The notes: a model not told the origin generated them from the letters alone. A DNA stretch of 45,147 bases from a virus (IMGVR_UViG_3300041935_000006:1-45147); one strand, 5' to 3'. Shown: positions 7,387 to 14,075, numbered from the stretch's first letter. Program-made: numbers and translations.

Positions 7387-7948
7387 GCCCGGCGTGCTCG
7401 AGGAACATCGCCGCGCACTCGGGATCGGAGAGGAACGGGCCGAACACGCGGCGAAACTTCTCGCCCAGATACTTGGCTTTGAACTCGGGCACGACGGCGC
7501 ACTCGGCCTCGAAAGCGTAGTCGTACCCTTGCTCGATCACGATCTCGCACATCGAGGCGTACACGCTCACGAGCGCGGCGAACGCCTGCCACTCGCCGTG
7601 CGGCATCTTGAGGCCGACGTGATAGATCCGGGTCTGCACCGCGCGCATTTCGGCGATCTCTGAGAGCATCTCGGCGACGCGCTGCGCCGGCAACGGGGGC
7701 TCGCGAGGCGTTGCGCGGGTGCGCATGGGGCGGCCGAAGGTGCGACTCGGGTTGCGGCTGATCGCCCTACCCTCGTCGGGTGTCACCTCGCCGAGCTCGT
7801 GCAGGCGAGAGGCGAGCTCGGGCTCGGCGAATGCAGGGCACCGGCAGAAGGCGCCGGGCACGTCTCGAGCGAACACGCACGTATCAGGGAAGTGAAGGTG
7901 TCGCGTGTGCCCGCACGCGGCGCACGTGTCTTGCGGATCATGTGTCAT
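7373..7948 (-). CDS. Zinc-ribbon-motif protein (191 aa)
   Basis: ATG 7948 forms an ATGA overlap with the upstream stop. N-terminal motif CAACGHTRHLH...CRCPAF. The C-terminal domain has no recognisable motif. Confidence 0.6.
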   Translation of the reverse strand: MTHDPQDTCAACGHTRHLHFPDTCVFARDVPGAFCRCPAFAEPELASRLHELGEVTPDEGRAISRNPSRTFGRPMRTRATPREPPLPAQRVAEMLSEIAEMRAVQTRIYHVGLKMPHGEWQAFAALVSVYASMCEIVIEQGYDYAFEAECAVVPEFKAKYLGEKFRRVFGPFLSDPECAAMFLEHAGLKGR

Positions 7949-8301
7949 GGTCGAGGGCCTTTCGGTTCCGGGGGGGGCGGCACGAAACAGCCGCACATGA
8001 AACGGGGCCGGTCGTGCTTAGTGCACACTCCGCAAAAGCTGTGGCCGAAATCGCCCCCGTGCAGGCACGACGCACGGTCGAGGTCATCGAGCTCGGGCTC
8101 GACGCCGAACCGCGCGCGGTACTCGTCGGCCGTCACTTGCCGAGCTTCTGTCGGATTCTGCCGGAGCTCGTCACGGATCCCGTGCAGCTCGCTCACGACG
8201 CGATCGAGTGAGTCGGCCGCGCTCGCGTGCGGTGCGAGGGTGCCGGCGACGTACGCCGCGACGAGGGCGAGAGCGAGTGCGGTTCGCTTGAGCAAGGTCA
8301 C
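7945..8301 (-). CDS. Secreted Cys-rich protein (signal peptide)
   Basis: GTG 8301 forms a GTGA overlap. The N-terminus (M)TLLKRTALALALVAAYVAGTLAPHASA-ADS looks like a cleavable signal peptide. The C-terminus has 5 Cys (CLHGGDFGHSFCGVCTKHDRPRFMCGC). Confidence 0.55.
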   Translation of the reverse strand: MTLLKRTALALALVAAYVAGTLAPHASAADSLDRVVSELHGIRDELRQNPTEARQVTADEYRARFGVEPELDDLDRASCLHGGDFGHSFCGVCTKHDRPRFMCGCFVPPPPEPKGPRP

Positions 8302-8516
8302 TCCTCGGGATAGACGCCGCACGACTCGTCGTCGGCGTCGGTGATGTGGATCCGGTGACACGTCGGGCACCGGTGCTCGGCGTCAATGTCCTCGTCCTCG
8401 TCCTCGACACCGAGGCAACACGCGCAACCGGGATCGGTCATGCCGAGCGAGCAACCGACGAGCGGCCCGAGCTTGTGATCGCTCTCGGTGTGGGGGCACC
8501 GCGCGCAGTACCTCAT
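8298..8516 (-). CDS. Small acidic zinc-ribbon-motif protein (72 aa)
   Basis: ATG 8516 forms an ATGA overlap. Motifs CARCPHTESDH...CACC and CPTCH. Confidence 0.55.
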   Translation of the reverse strand: MRYCARCPHTESDHKLGPLVGCSLGMTDPGCACCLGVEDEDEDIDAEHRCPTCHRIHITDADDESCGVYPEE

Positions 8517-8875
8517 GGGATCGCCGTGAACTTGTGCCCGCGCACGTTTGCGAGCAACTCGTCGAGCTCGAGGCGGCGACGTTCCGACTCGGCCGAGTCG
8601 CGCTTGTGCAGGCAATCCCAACAGAGGCGCCGCACCTCGGTGTCGAGGATCGAGCCGACGACGGCACCGATCGTCCCTCGTTGCATGGCGTCGTGCTCGA
8701 GCTCGTGCCGCTCGAGCTGTTCGTACGTGCGCACCTTCGGCGGCACCGGGTGCGGCACGTAGCGACCGAGCTCGACCTCGACGCGCTCGAGCGCGGCGAG
8801 CAGATCGGCACGCGGTCGAGCCGGGCCGAGCGAGTGTTGACCGCACGAGGTGCACTTGCGAGCGGACCGCCTCAC
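8513..8875 (-). CDS. Hypothetical CxxC...CxxC protein (120 aa)
   Basis: GTG 8875 forms a GTGA overlap. Motifs CTSCGQH and CWDCLH. Confidence 0.5.
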   Translation of the reverse strand: MRRSARKCTSCGQHSLGPARPRADLLAALERVEVELGRYVPHPVPPKVRTYEQLERHELEHDAMQRGTIGAVVGSILDTEVRRLCWDCLHKRDSAESERRRLELDELLANVRGHKFTAIP

Positions 8876-9144
8876 CGGCGCACCTTGCCGTTCTCGGCGG
8901 CGATCGCGGCGGCCGTCGCGCGAACGCGGATCAGTTGCCCGAGCTCGTCTTCGTGCGCGCGCTTGTGCGCCACTTTGCACCGCTCGACGTGTGCTTTGCG
9001 TGCGTCGAAGTCGCCGGCCGCGTGCGCGGTCATCGCGTGGGCCATTTGCTCGCAAGCGATCGCGTACTGCCGGTTCGTGGTCGCGAGTGCCTCGGTGCGC
9101 AGATCGGCCGGCGTCGCTTGCTGCATCTCGGATAGCGTTTTCAT
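8872..9144 (-). CDS. Hypothetical helical protein (90 aa)
   Basis: ATG 9144 forms an ATGA overlap with the upstream stop. Confidence 0.5.
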   Translation of the reverse strand: MKTLSEMQQATPADLRTEALATTNRQYAIACEQMAHAMTAHAAGDFDARKAHVERCKVAHKRAHEDELGQLIRVRATAAAIAAENGKVRR

Positions 9145-9395
9145 GACTGCACCTCGCACTCGCACCCACTGCGCGAGTAACAGCTCAAGAGCGCGAGCAC
9201 GGCGCCGATCTCGTCGAGCGCGGTAGCGTCCTCGAGCGAGAGAGCGGCCGACCACCCGCACGCACTGACGGCCTCGAGCAGTACGCCGCGAGTGGCACCG
9301 GCCGCGAGGATCATCGGCCCGACGATCCCGAGGATGCGATCACGAGCGTCGACGAGTGCGGGGGGCGTAGTGGTATCGTTGGAACAGCTCAACAC
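9141..9395 (-). CDS. Hypothetical protein, first gene of the 9395->7373 operon
   Basis: GTG 9395 lies 5 nt after a strong GGAGGT RBS (9408..9403). There is a hydrophobic stretch ILGIVGPMILAAGATRGVLL. Confidence 0.55.
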   Translation of the reverse strand: MLSCSNDTTTPPALVDARDRILGIVGPMILAAGATRGVLLEAVSACGWSAALSLEDATALDEIGAVLALLSCYSRSGCECEVQS

Positions 9396-9417
9396 GGGTT
9401 ACCTCCGTTGCGAGTGA

Positions 9418-9467
9418 GAGAGCGGGTCGGCGATGTCAGAGGCGCCGGGCTCGCTCTCGTTTTTTTT
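9418..9467 (+). terminator. Intrinsic-terminator-like hairpin plus T8 tract, plus-strand orientation
   Basis: GAGAGCGGGTCGGCG (9418-9432) pairs with CGCCGGGCTCGCTCTC (9443-9458), giving about 14 bp with one wobble pair and one bulge. It is followed by g + TTTTTTTT (9460-9467). No plus-strand gene lies upstream. Confidence 0.5.
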
Positions 9468-9626
9468 GCGTGTTCCTATTGTACGGCGAAGTCGGGCGCG
9501 CGTGCCAAGCTGCAACGCGCACTGCACCCGGGAGGCGCGCGGCGACGGGGGGCCATCGCACGCACTCGAGCGGAGAATCGAAGCGGGATCGCGTCGACCT
9601 CCCGGGCCGCGGCGACAGTCGCATCG

Positions 9627-9675
9627 TGTGAACATGTAGTCAAGTGCACATGTTCACGTGTACACATGTCACCGC
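9627..9675. repeat. ACATGT-core repeat array A (three 16-bp units), candidate centromere/operator
   Basis: GTGAACATGTAGTCAA / GTGCACATGTTCACGT / GTACACATGTCACCGC. ACATGT cores sit at 9632, 9648 and 9664. GTGAACATGT (9628-9637) and ACATGTTCAC (9648-9657) are inverted. The array ends 20 nt before the parA ATG. Confidence 0.8.
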
Positions 9676-9694
9676 GTCGTGTAAGCCTGCGCGC

Positions 9695-10378
9695 ATGGCT
9701 GTTCGGATCTGTTTCGTCGGCGGCAAAGGGGGCCTCGGCAAGTCGACCCTCGCGATTTCGTGCGGGGTCGAGTGGCACCGTCGAGGTCGCCGCGTGCTCC
9801 TCGTCGACGTCGACGACGAGCAACTGTCGGCCGAGGAGTGGCACGACGACGCGCTCGAGCTCGAGCTCGACGCACCCCTCGTCGTGAGCATGGGTAACGA
9901 GGTGCGCACTCAGCTCGAGCCGGCCTCGGCCGCGTTCGAGATCGTGATCGTCGACACGGCCGGCCGCAACGGTCGGCGCTCGGCACACGTCATGGGACAG
10001 TGCGACCTTGCCGTGCTCCCGTGCGGGCCGAACCGGATCGAGCTGCGCCGACTCCCGAAAACGGTTGCGCAAGTGCGCGACGTGCAGGCGGTGCGGCCCA
10101 AGCTCGACGCCGCGATCCTCGTGACGCGCAAGCAACCAAACACGGTGATCGGGAGGCAGGCCCGGCGAGCGATTGAGGAATGCGACTTCCCGATCCTCGA
10201 CGTCGAGCTGTTCTATCGCATCACGTACGGCGAGGCGATCGCGGCCGGGCTCGGGCCGACCACGTACGACCCATCGAGTGACGCCGCACGCGAGGTCGGC
10301 GCACTCGTTGACGAGCTCGAGCGCCGGCTCGAGCTGCACACCACAACCAAACCAAAGAGGAAGCATGCCACCCGCTAA
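9695..10378 (+). CDS. parA: ParA-family partition ATPase (small, type Ib-like)
   Basis: Deviant Walker A CFVGGKGGLGKST, Walker A' LLVDVD and Walker B-like IVIVDTAG. 227 aa with no N-terminal HTH extension. Confidence 0.85.
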   Translation: MAVRICFVGGKGGLGKSTLAISCGVEWHRRGRRVLLVDVDDEQLSAEEWHDDALELELDAPLVVSMGNEVRTQLEPASAAFEIVIVDTAGRNGRRSAHVMGQCDLAVLPCGPNRIELRRLPKTVAQVRDVQAVRPKLDAAILVTRKQPNTVIGRQARRAIEECDFPILDVELFYRITYGEAIAAGLGPTTYDPSSDAAREVGALVDELERRLELHTTTKPKRKHATR

Positions 10379-10721
10379 ACCGACACCGACCGTGCGCTCG
10401 TCGACGCGCGCGAAAAAGCAACCGGCACCGCTCGAGGGCCGCGCGCTGCAACGCGAGCTCGACCGGATCGGCCGCAAACACGAGAGGCCGGCCGAGGGTG
10501 AGCACCCCGTCGCCGGCCGCGGGATCGTCAAGATGCCCGGCCGCGCCACCAAAGAGGGCCGCAAGGGTGAGCGCGTCACTCGTCGCGCGACGTTCTATCT
10601 CCCGCTCGAGGTGCACGACGAGCTCGAGGTCACCGCCAAGCGCCGCGGTATGTCGGTGAGCAACGCCGCGGCCGAGCTCCTCGCCGACGCGCTCGGTGTC
10701 ACGCTCGAGGCGACGGGATGA
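10365..10721 (+). CDS. Ribbon-helix-helix DNA-binding protein (ParG/omega-like candidate centromere binder)
   Basis: ATG 10365 follows AGAGGAAG and overlaps the parA end. A long basic N-terminal tail precedes the RHH pattern RATFYLPLEVHDELEVTAKRRGMSVSNAAAELLADAL. Confidence 0.65.
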   Translation: MPPAKPTPTVRSSTRAKKQPAPLEGRALQRELDRIGRKHERPAEGEHPVAGRGIVKMPGRATKEGRKGERVTRRATFYLPLEVHDELEVTAKRRGMSVSNAAAELLADALGVTLEATG

Positions 10722-11008
10722 CAGACAAAGAACAGCTCGAGCGCATTGACGCGCTCACCCGGGAGCTCGCTCGCGTCGTGCGGTGCCACGTCGACAGTCT
10801 GACTTCCGACGACGCGATGTTGATCGGCACGATGGCCACTAGCGCCGTGTTCGCGTTGAGCCTGCACACGGGTTTGAGCAAGCATCACGGCCGAGACCCG
10901 ACGAAAGAGTGTTCGCCCGAGACACTCGTCGGGAGCGCGCTTAGGGCTCCGTGGGGTCGCGCCGTCGAGGCGGCGCTCGACCTCGCCGAGGAGGGGCTCA
11001 CATGCTGA
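10718..11008 (+). CDS. Hypothetical protein (96 aa)
   Basis: ATGA overlap at 10718. Confidence 0.55.
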   Translation: MTDKEQLERIDALTRELARVVRCHVDSLTSDDAMLIGTMATSAVFALSLHTGLSKHHGRDPTKECSPETLVGSALRAPWGRAVEAALDLAEEGLTC

Positions 11009-11400
11009 AGTGCCCAGCATGCAAGCTCGTCGGCCGTGACGCCGAGGGCAACGTCGACGGCCGCAAACAGTTGCCACCCATCGGCGCGCTCGTGTTGTGC
11101 GAGTGCGGCGCCGTGAACCGGGCCGAGGCGCCGGCCGATGCGTTGCAAGCCATCCTCGGCGCGCGCACGCTGCGCACGCTCACCGCCGAGGAGTTCGACG
11201 CCCTACCGCTCGAGCACCGCCGCTCGCTCGAGCAAGGGATCGCCGCCTTCAAGCGTGCCGGTCGCTACCGTGCCGGCGCAAACGAGCTCGACCCGTGTGC
11301 GTCGTGCGGGCACGAGCGGCGACAACACCTCGACCCGCGATGGCCGTGCAACATGCTTGCGTGCGCGTGCCGCGGTTTCCAAGGGAGGGCCTTGCCGTGA
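11002..11400 (+). CDS. Zinc-ribbon-motif protein (132 aa)
   Basis: ATG 11002 follows GAGGAGGGG. N-terminal CPAC...CEC and C-terminal CASCGHERRQH...CACRGF. Confidence 0.6.
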   Translation: MLKCPACKLVGRDAEGNVDGRKQLPPIGALVLCECGAVNRAEAPADALQAILGARTLRTLTAEEFDALPLEHRRSLEQGIAAFKRAGRYRAGANELDPCASCGHERRQHLDPRWPCNMLACACRGFQGRALP

Positions 11401-11675
11401 ACCGCGCGCAGCGCCGAGCCGGCAAGATCCCGCACTCGTTCCGGGTGCGCACCGGGATCCACTACATGACCAACGGCACCTTCGTCGCGTTCGCGCGCAT
11501 CGATCGCGAGGACGGCTCGACGCAATGGTGGGAGTCGACGCCGTACACCGACGAGGCCGAGGCCGAGCGGCACCGCGACGAGCTCTCGACCGGCATCCGA
11601 GCGATCCTCGCAAAGCAGCAAACGAACCTCGCCGGACTGCGCGTGCACCCGGTGACGAAAGGCGGTGACGCGTGA
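11397..11675 (+). CDS. Hypothetical protein (92 aa)
   Basis: GTG 11397 forms a GTGA overlap and follows AAGGGAGGG. Confidence 0.5.
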   Translation: MNRAQRRAGKIPHSFRVRTGIHYMTNGTFVAFARIDREDGSTQWWESTPYTDEAEAERHRDELSTGIRAILAKQQTNLAGLRVHPVTKGGDA

Positions 11676-11719
11676 ACATGACGACAAGTGAACATGACGA
11701 CAAGTCAACACGTAACCAG
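11672..11719. repeat. ACATGT-family repeat array B (16-bp units x3)
   Basis: GTGAACATGACGACAA occurs twice exactly (11672-11687 and 11688-11703), followed by GTCAACACGTAACCAG. Cores ACATGA/ACAAGT/ACATGA/ACAAGT/ACACGT fall every 8 bp from 11676. Confidence 0.8.
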
Positions 11720-11941
11720 GCGTTGCCCGCGCAGTGCGTGCACGTCGCCGAGGGCGAGCTCGAGCACTTGCACACGCTCGAGCTCACCACCCGCACCGAG
11801 GCCGTGCAGCCCGATTACCGATACGTGATCAACGGCGATCGCATGCGTCTGTGCGCGTTCTGCACGGGCAAGGTGATCGGGATGCTATCGCGGTCGGAGT
11901 TCACCGGCGGTGCACTGCTCGCGCCCGAGGCCGAGCGGTGA
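11672..11941 (+). CDS. Hypothetical protein (89 aa)
   Basis: GTG 11672 (GTGA overlap) or ATG 11678/11694. The first 16 codons are the repeat array itself. There is a CAFC motif. Confidence 0.5.
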   Translation: MNMTTSEHDDKSTRNQALPAQCVHVAEGELEHLHTLELTTRTEAVQPDYRYVINGDRMRLCAFCTGKVIGMLSRSEFTGGALLAPEAER

Positions 11942-12513
11942 TTTTCACGTTCGGATTCGGTCACTCGTGCTCGTGCGGGCTCTCGTTGCGCGAGTGCTAC
12001 GTCGAGATCGGCGGCGATTACGACACCGCGCGCGCGGCAATGATCGATCGCTACGGTGTGAAGTGGGCCTTTGAGTACGACACGCTCGCCGACGCGACCG
12101 GCGAGCACCCGATCGAGCTGCGCCGCCTCGAGCCGAACGACGAGTGCGGGTGCGGGGGGCTCGGCCGGCAACCGTGGGATCCGGGTGAGAGCCCGGTGCC
12201 ACCCGAGGTCATGACGAGGATCCCACCCGAGCGGCTCGCCGAGATCGAGCGGCTCGCGGGTGCGTTCGTTGCCGAGCACCTCGAGACGAGCGCCGAGCGG
12301 GTCGACGCGTTCGCACACGGCGTCGACGAGTCGGCCCGGGAGGCGTTCGGCAAACCGCTCGCGATCCTCGTGCTCGGCACGGCCCGAACCGGGTTCACCG
12401 TCGCGTCACCGCTCGAGCAACCCGAGGTCGCTCGGGAGCTGCGCGCGCTCCTCGCTCGCATCGAGGCCGAGCTCGAGGGCCGGCCCCCCGTCGGCAAACC
12501 GCACACCTCGTAG
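11938..12513 (+). CDS. Conserved hypothetical phage protein (191 aa)
   Basis: GTG 11938 forms a GTGA overlap. The N-terminal pattern IFTFGFGH...YVEIGGDYDTARAAMIDRYGVKWAFEY recurs in many phage proteins of unknown function. Confidence 0.6.
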   Translation: MIFTFGFGHSCSCGLSLRECYVEIGGDYDTARAAMIDRYGVKWAFEYDTLADATGEHPIELRRLEPNDECGCGGLGRQPWDPGESPVPPEVMTRIPPERLAEIERLAGAFVAEHLETSAERVDAFAHGVDESAREAFGKPLAILVLGTARTGFTVASPLEQPEVARELRALLARIEAELEGRPPVGKPHTS

Positions 12514-12640
12514 CTCCTCGTCGAAGCGGCTCGCCTCGTCGACGAAGATCCGCACCCCGCTCTTGAGCTGCACGAACGCGTCGACGGCGAACCCGGCGAG
12601 CGCTCGAGCTCGGCGCTTGCGCTCGCGTTTGGTTATACGT

Positions 12641-12668
12641 CGGGTGCGCTGCACCCGTCTTATATGTC
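12641..12668 (+). terminator. Candidate weak intrinsic terminator of the parA-side operon
   Basis: Perfect 7-bp stem CGGGTGC-gct-GCACCCG (12641-12657) followed by TCTTATATGT. The U tract is interrupted, so support is weak. Confidence 0.3.
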
Positions 12669-12930
12669 CGGGAGGGCCGCGCACCCCACGAACAAAGGCC
12701 GTGCCAGCGTCGAATTCAGGCCGACGGATCGCCGACGATCGTCCGAAAGTGACCATACGTGCAAGCGCGCTTGTCGAAAAAGCGCGTGGTTTCGTGACGG
12801 GGGGTGTGACGAATCCTTGCGCTGCGCACGTGGGCTATCGTACGAGTCCGTCACTACCGAAAACAACTAGCGACGGAAACACAAAACCCACGGATCACAG
12901 CCTGCCAGGGCTCCCCGTGGGTCTCACTCG

Positions 12931-14007
12931 ATGCGCCAAACTACTTCGACACGTGCCCGCGTGCAACATCGTTGCGCGCGCGATGTGCAGGACTGCGCCG
13001 ACGCGCAGCTCGAGCTCGACGACGAGACCCTCGACGCGACGTTGCGCGAGCTGTACGCCGCGCACGACGAGGGCAACCCGTGTGACCTCTCGGTCGCCGA
13101 GCTCGCTGCGCGGTACTCACCCGGCCCTCACGGCGAGCGCGCGATCCGGCGAGCCCACGTGCGCATCCAGCGGACCTATCGCGGCCGGTTCGTGCAGCGC
13201 GCGCGCAGCTACCGACGGATCACCCTCTCCACTGCGCGATGGATCATCCCGTTCGATAGAGATCCAGGGGGTGGTGGTAGATCGGACGTCTCTAATTCCG
13301 AATTCGTTGATCTGCGAATTGGAGATCTTGATCTAGAGGCAAACGCAGATCGCGCACGCGCGTGTGAGCCTGCCCCTCGAGCTACTCGACCTCCCGAGAG
13401 GCGAGAGCGGCGACCGGCAACGCGCCTGCACGTACCGCGCACCCCACTGCTCGAGCACCCGATCGGCATCGAGGCGGGAGTTTTGGCCGAGGTCGACCGC
13501 GTGCACGGCGCAAAGTGGCTCTCGCGCCTCGTGCGCGAGCTGCACAAGCCCAAGTGTCACGAGCACCCGGCCGAGTGCGAGCTCGCGTTGCGCACCCTCT
13601 CACGGCGCAGCACCGACAACCCGTTGCGCATGTTCCGTTTCTTGCTCAACGAGGCGATCGACGGCGACGCGCTGATCGAAACCGCCGAGCTCGACAAGCT
13701 CGCCGACGCGGCCGAGGAGTGCGCTCGAGCGCGGTACGCGTGGGATCCCGACAACCCGTCGACGCATTGGCCTGATCTGATTCCCGAGGGTACGGCGGCA
13801 CCCCCACCCGAGGAGCTCGAGCCCGATCCCGAGGAGCTTGCGCGCATCGCTGCACGCAAACGCCTCGAGCACGAGGTCGACGAGAAACGGCGACGGCGAG
13901 AGGCCGAGCGCATCGTCGGGTTGTTGCTTCGTGCGACGGGCCGATCACCGCCGACGGCGGCCGAGCGGTTCCTCACCGTGATGCAGGGCCGCGGGCTCGC
14001 GCTCTGA
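12931..14007 (+). CDS. Hypothetical two-domain protein with an embedded low-G+C repeat island
   Basis: The frame stays open across the island with no stop. Third-position G+C is high in 12985-13255 and 13440-14007 and low in 13258-13440. The N-part has an HTH-like segment LSVAELAARYS...ERAIRRAHVRIQ. The start is uncertain: ATG 12931, GTG 12961 or GTG 12985. Confidence 0.55.
   Translation: MRQTTSTRARVQHRCARDVQDCADAQLELDDETLDATLRELYAAHDEGNPCDLSVAELAARYSPGPHGERAIRRAHVRIQRTYRGRFVQRARSYRRITLSTARWIIPFDRDPGGGGRSDVSNSEFVDLRIGDLDLEANADRARACEPAPRATRPPERRERRPATRLHVPRTPLLEHPIGIEAGVLAEVDRVHGAKWLSRLVRELHKPKCHEHPAECELALRTLSRRSTDNPLRMFRFLLNEAIDGDALIETAELDKLADAAEECARARYAWDPDNPSTHWPDLIPEGTAAPPPEELEPDPEELARIAARKRLEHEVDEKRRRREAERIVGLLLRATGRSPPTAAERFLTVMQGRGLAL
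13255..13352. repeat. Low-G+C island with clustered AGATC/GATCT and CGAATT repeats
   Basis: gatAGAGATCCa, gtAGATCgg, CGAATTCGTTGATCT / CGAATTGGAGATCT / TGATCT tandem units (13300-13335) and gcAGATCgc. This is six AGATC/GATCT copies within about 100 bp. Confidence 0.7.
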
Positions 14008-14010
14008 ATT

Positions 14011-14040
14011 CACAACGCGGCGTTACAACGCGCGCCGAGT
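14011..14040 (+). promoter_or_regulatory. Promoter/operator, site 3 (half-conserved copy)
   Basis: CACAACGCGGCGTTA (14011-14025) is identical to 2991-3005. It is followed by CAACGCGCGCC. The -10-like hexamer is TTACAA. It lies 36 nt upstream of ATG 14076. Confidence 0.5.
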
Positions 14041-14075
14041 TGTGTAGTGTCCGAACCGAACGGGAGGGGGCAACC

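Noticed and set aside
9476-10579. 367-aa minus-strand ORF covering the intergenic region, parA and part of the RHH gene
   Set aside because: It is the antisense shadow of well-supported plus-strand genes. It is Arg/Pro/Gly/Ala-rich with no motifs. Long antisense ORFs are expected in high-G+C DNA because the reverse complements of stop codons are rare codons.
12514-12930. tRNA or tmRNA gene in the large non-coding gaps (also examined 43059..43300 and 9396..9694)
   Set aside because: I could not assemble a cloverleaf. There is no GTTCRANYC-type T-loop with matching 5-bp stems and a 7-bp acceptor pairing. This needs a proper scanner to be definitive.
12260-13336. 358-aa plus-strand ORF bridging the end of 11938..12513, the non-coding gap and the start of 12931..14007
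   Set aside because: It has Ser/Arg/Pro-rich composition. It runs out of frame across two better-supported genes and through the low-G+C non-coding region.
13240-13352. GATC cluster as a Dam/SeqA-type methylation-controlled origin linked to the phage methyltransferase
   Set aside because: GATC is abundant throughout the window (CGATCG, GATCGC and similar from codon usage), so enrichment of the bare tetramer cannot be claimed by eye. Only the extended AGATC/GATCT and CGAATT repeats stand out. The methyltransferase specificity is unknown.
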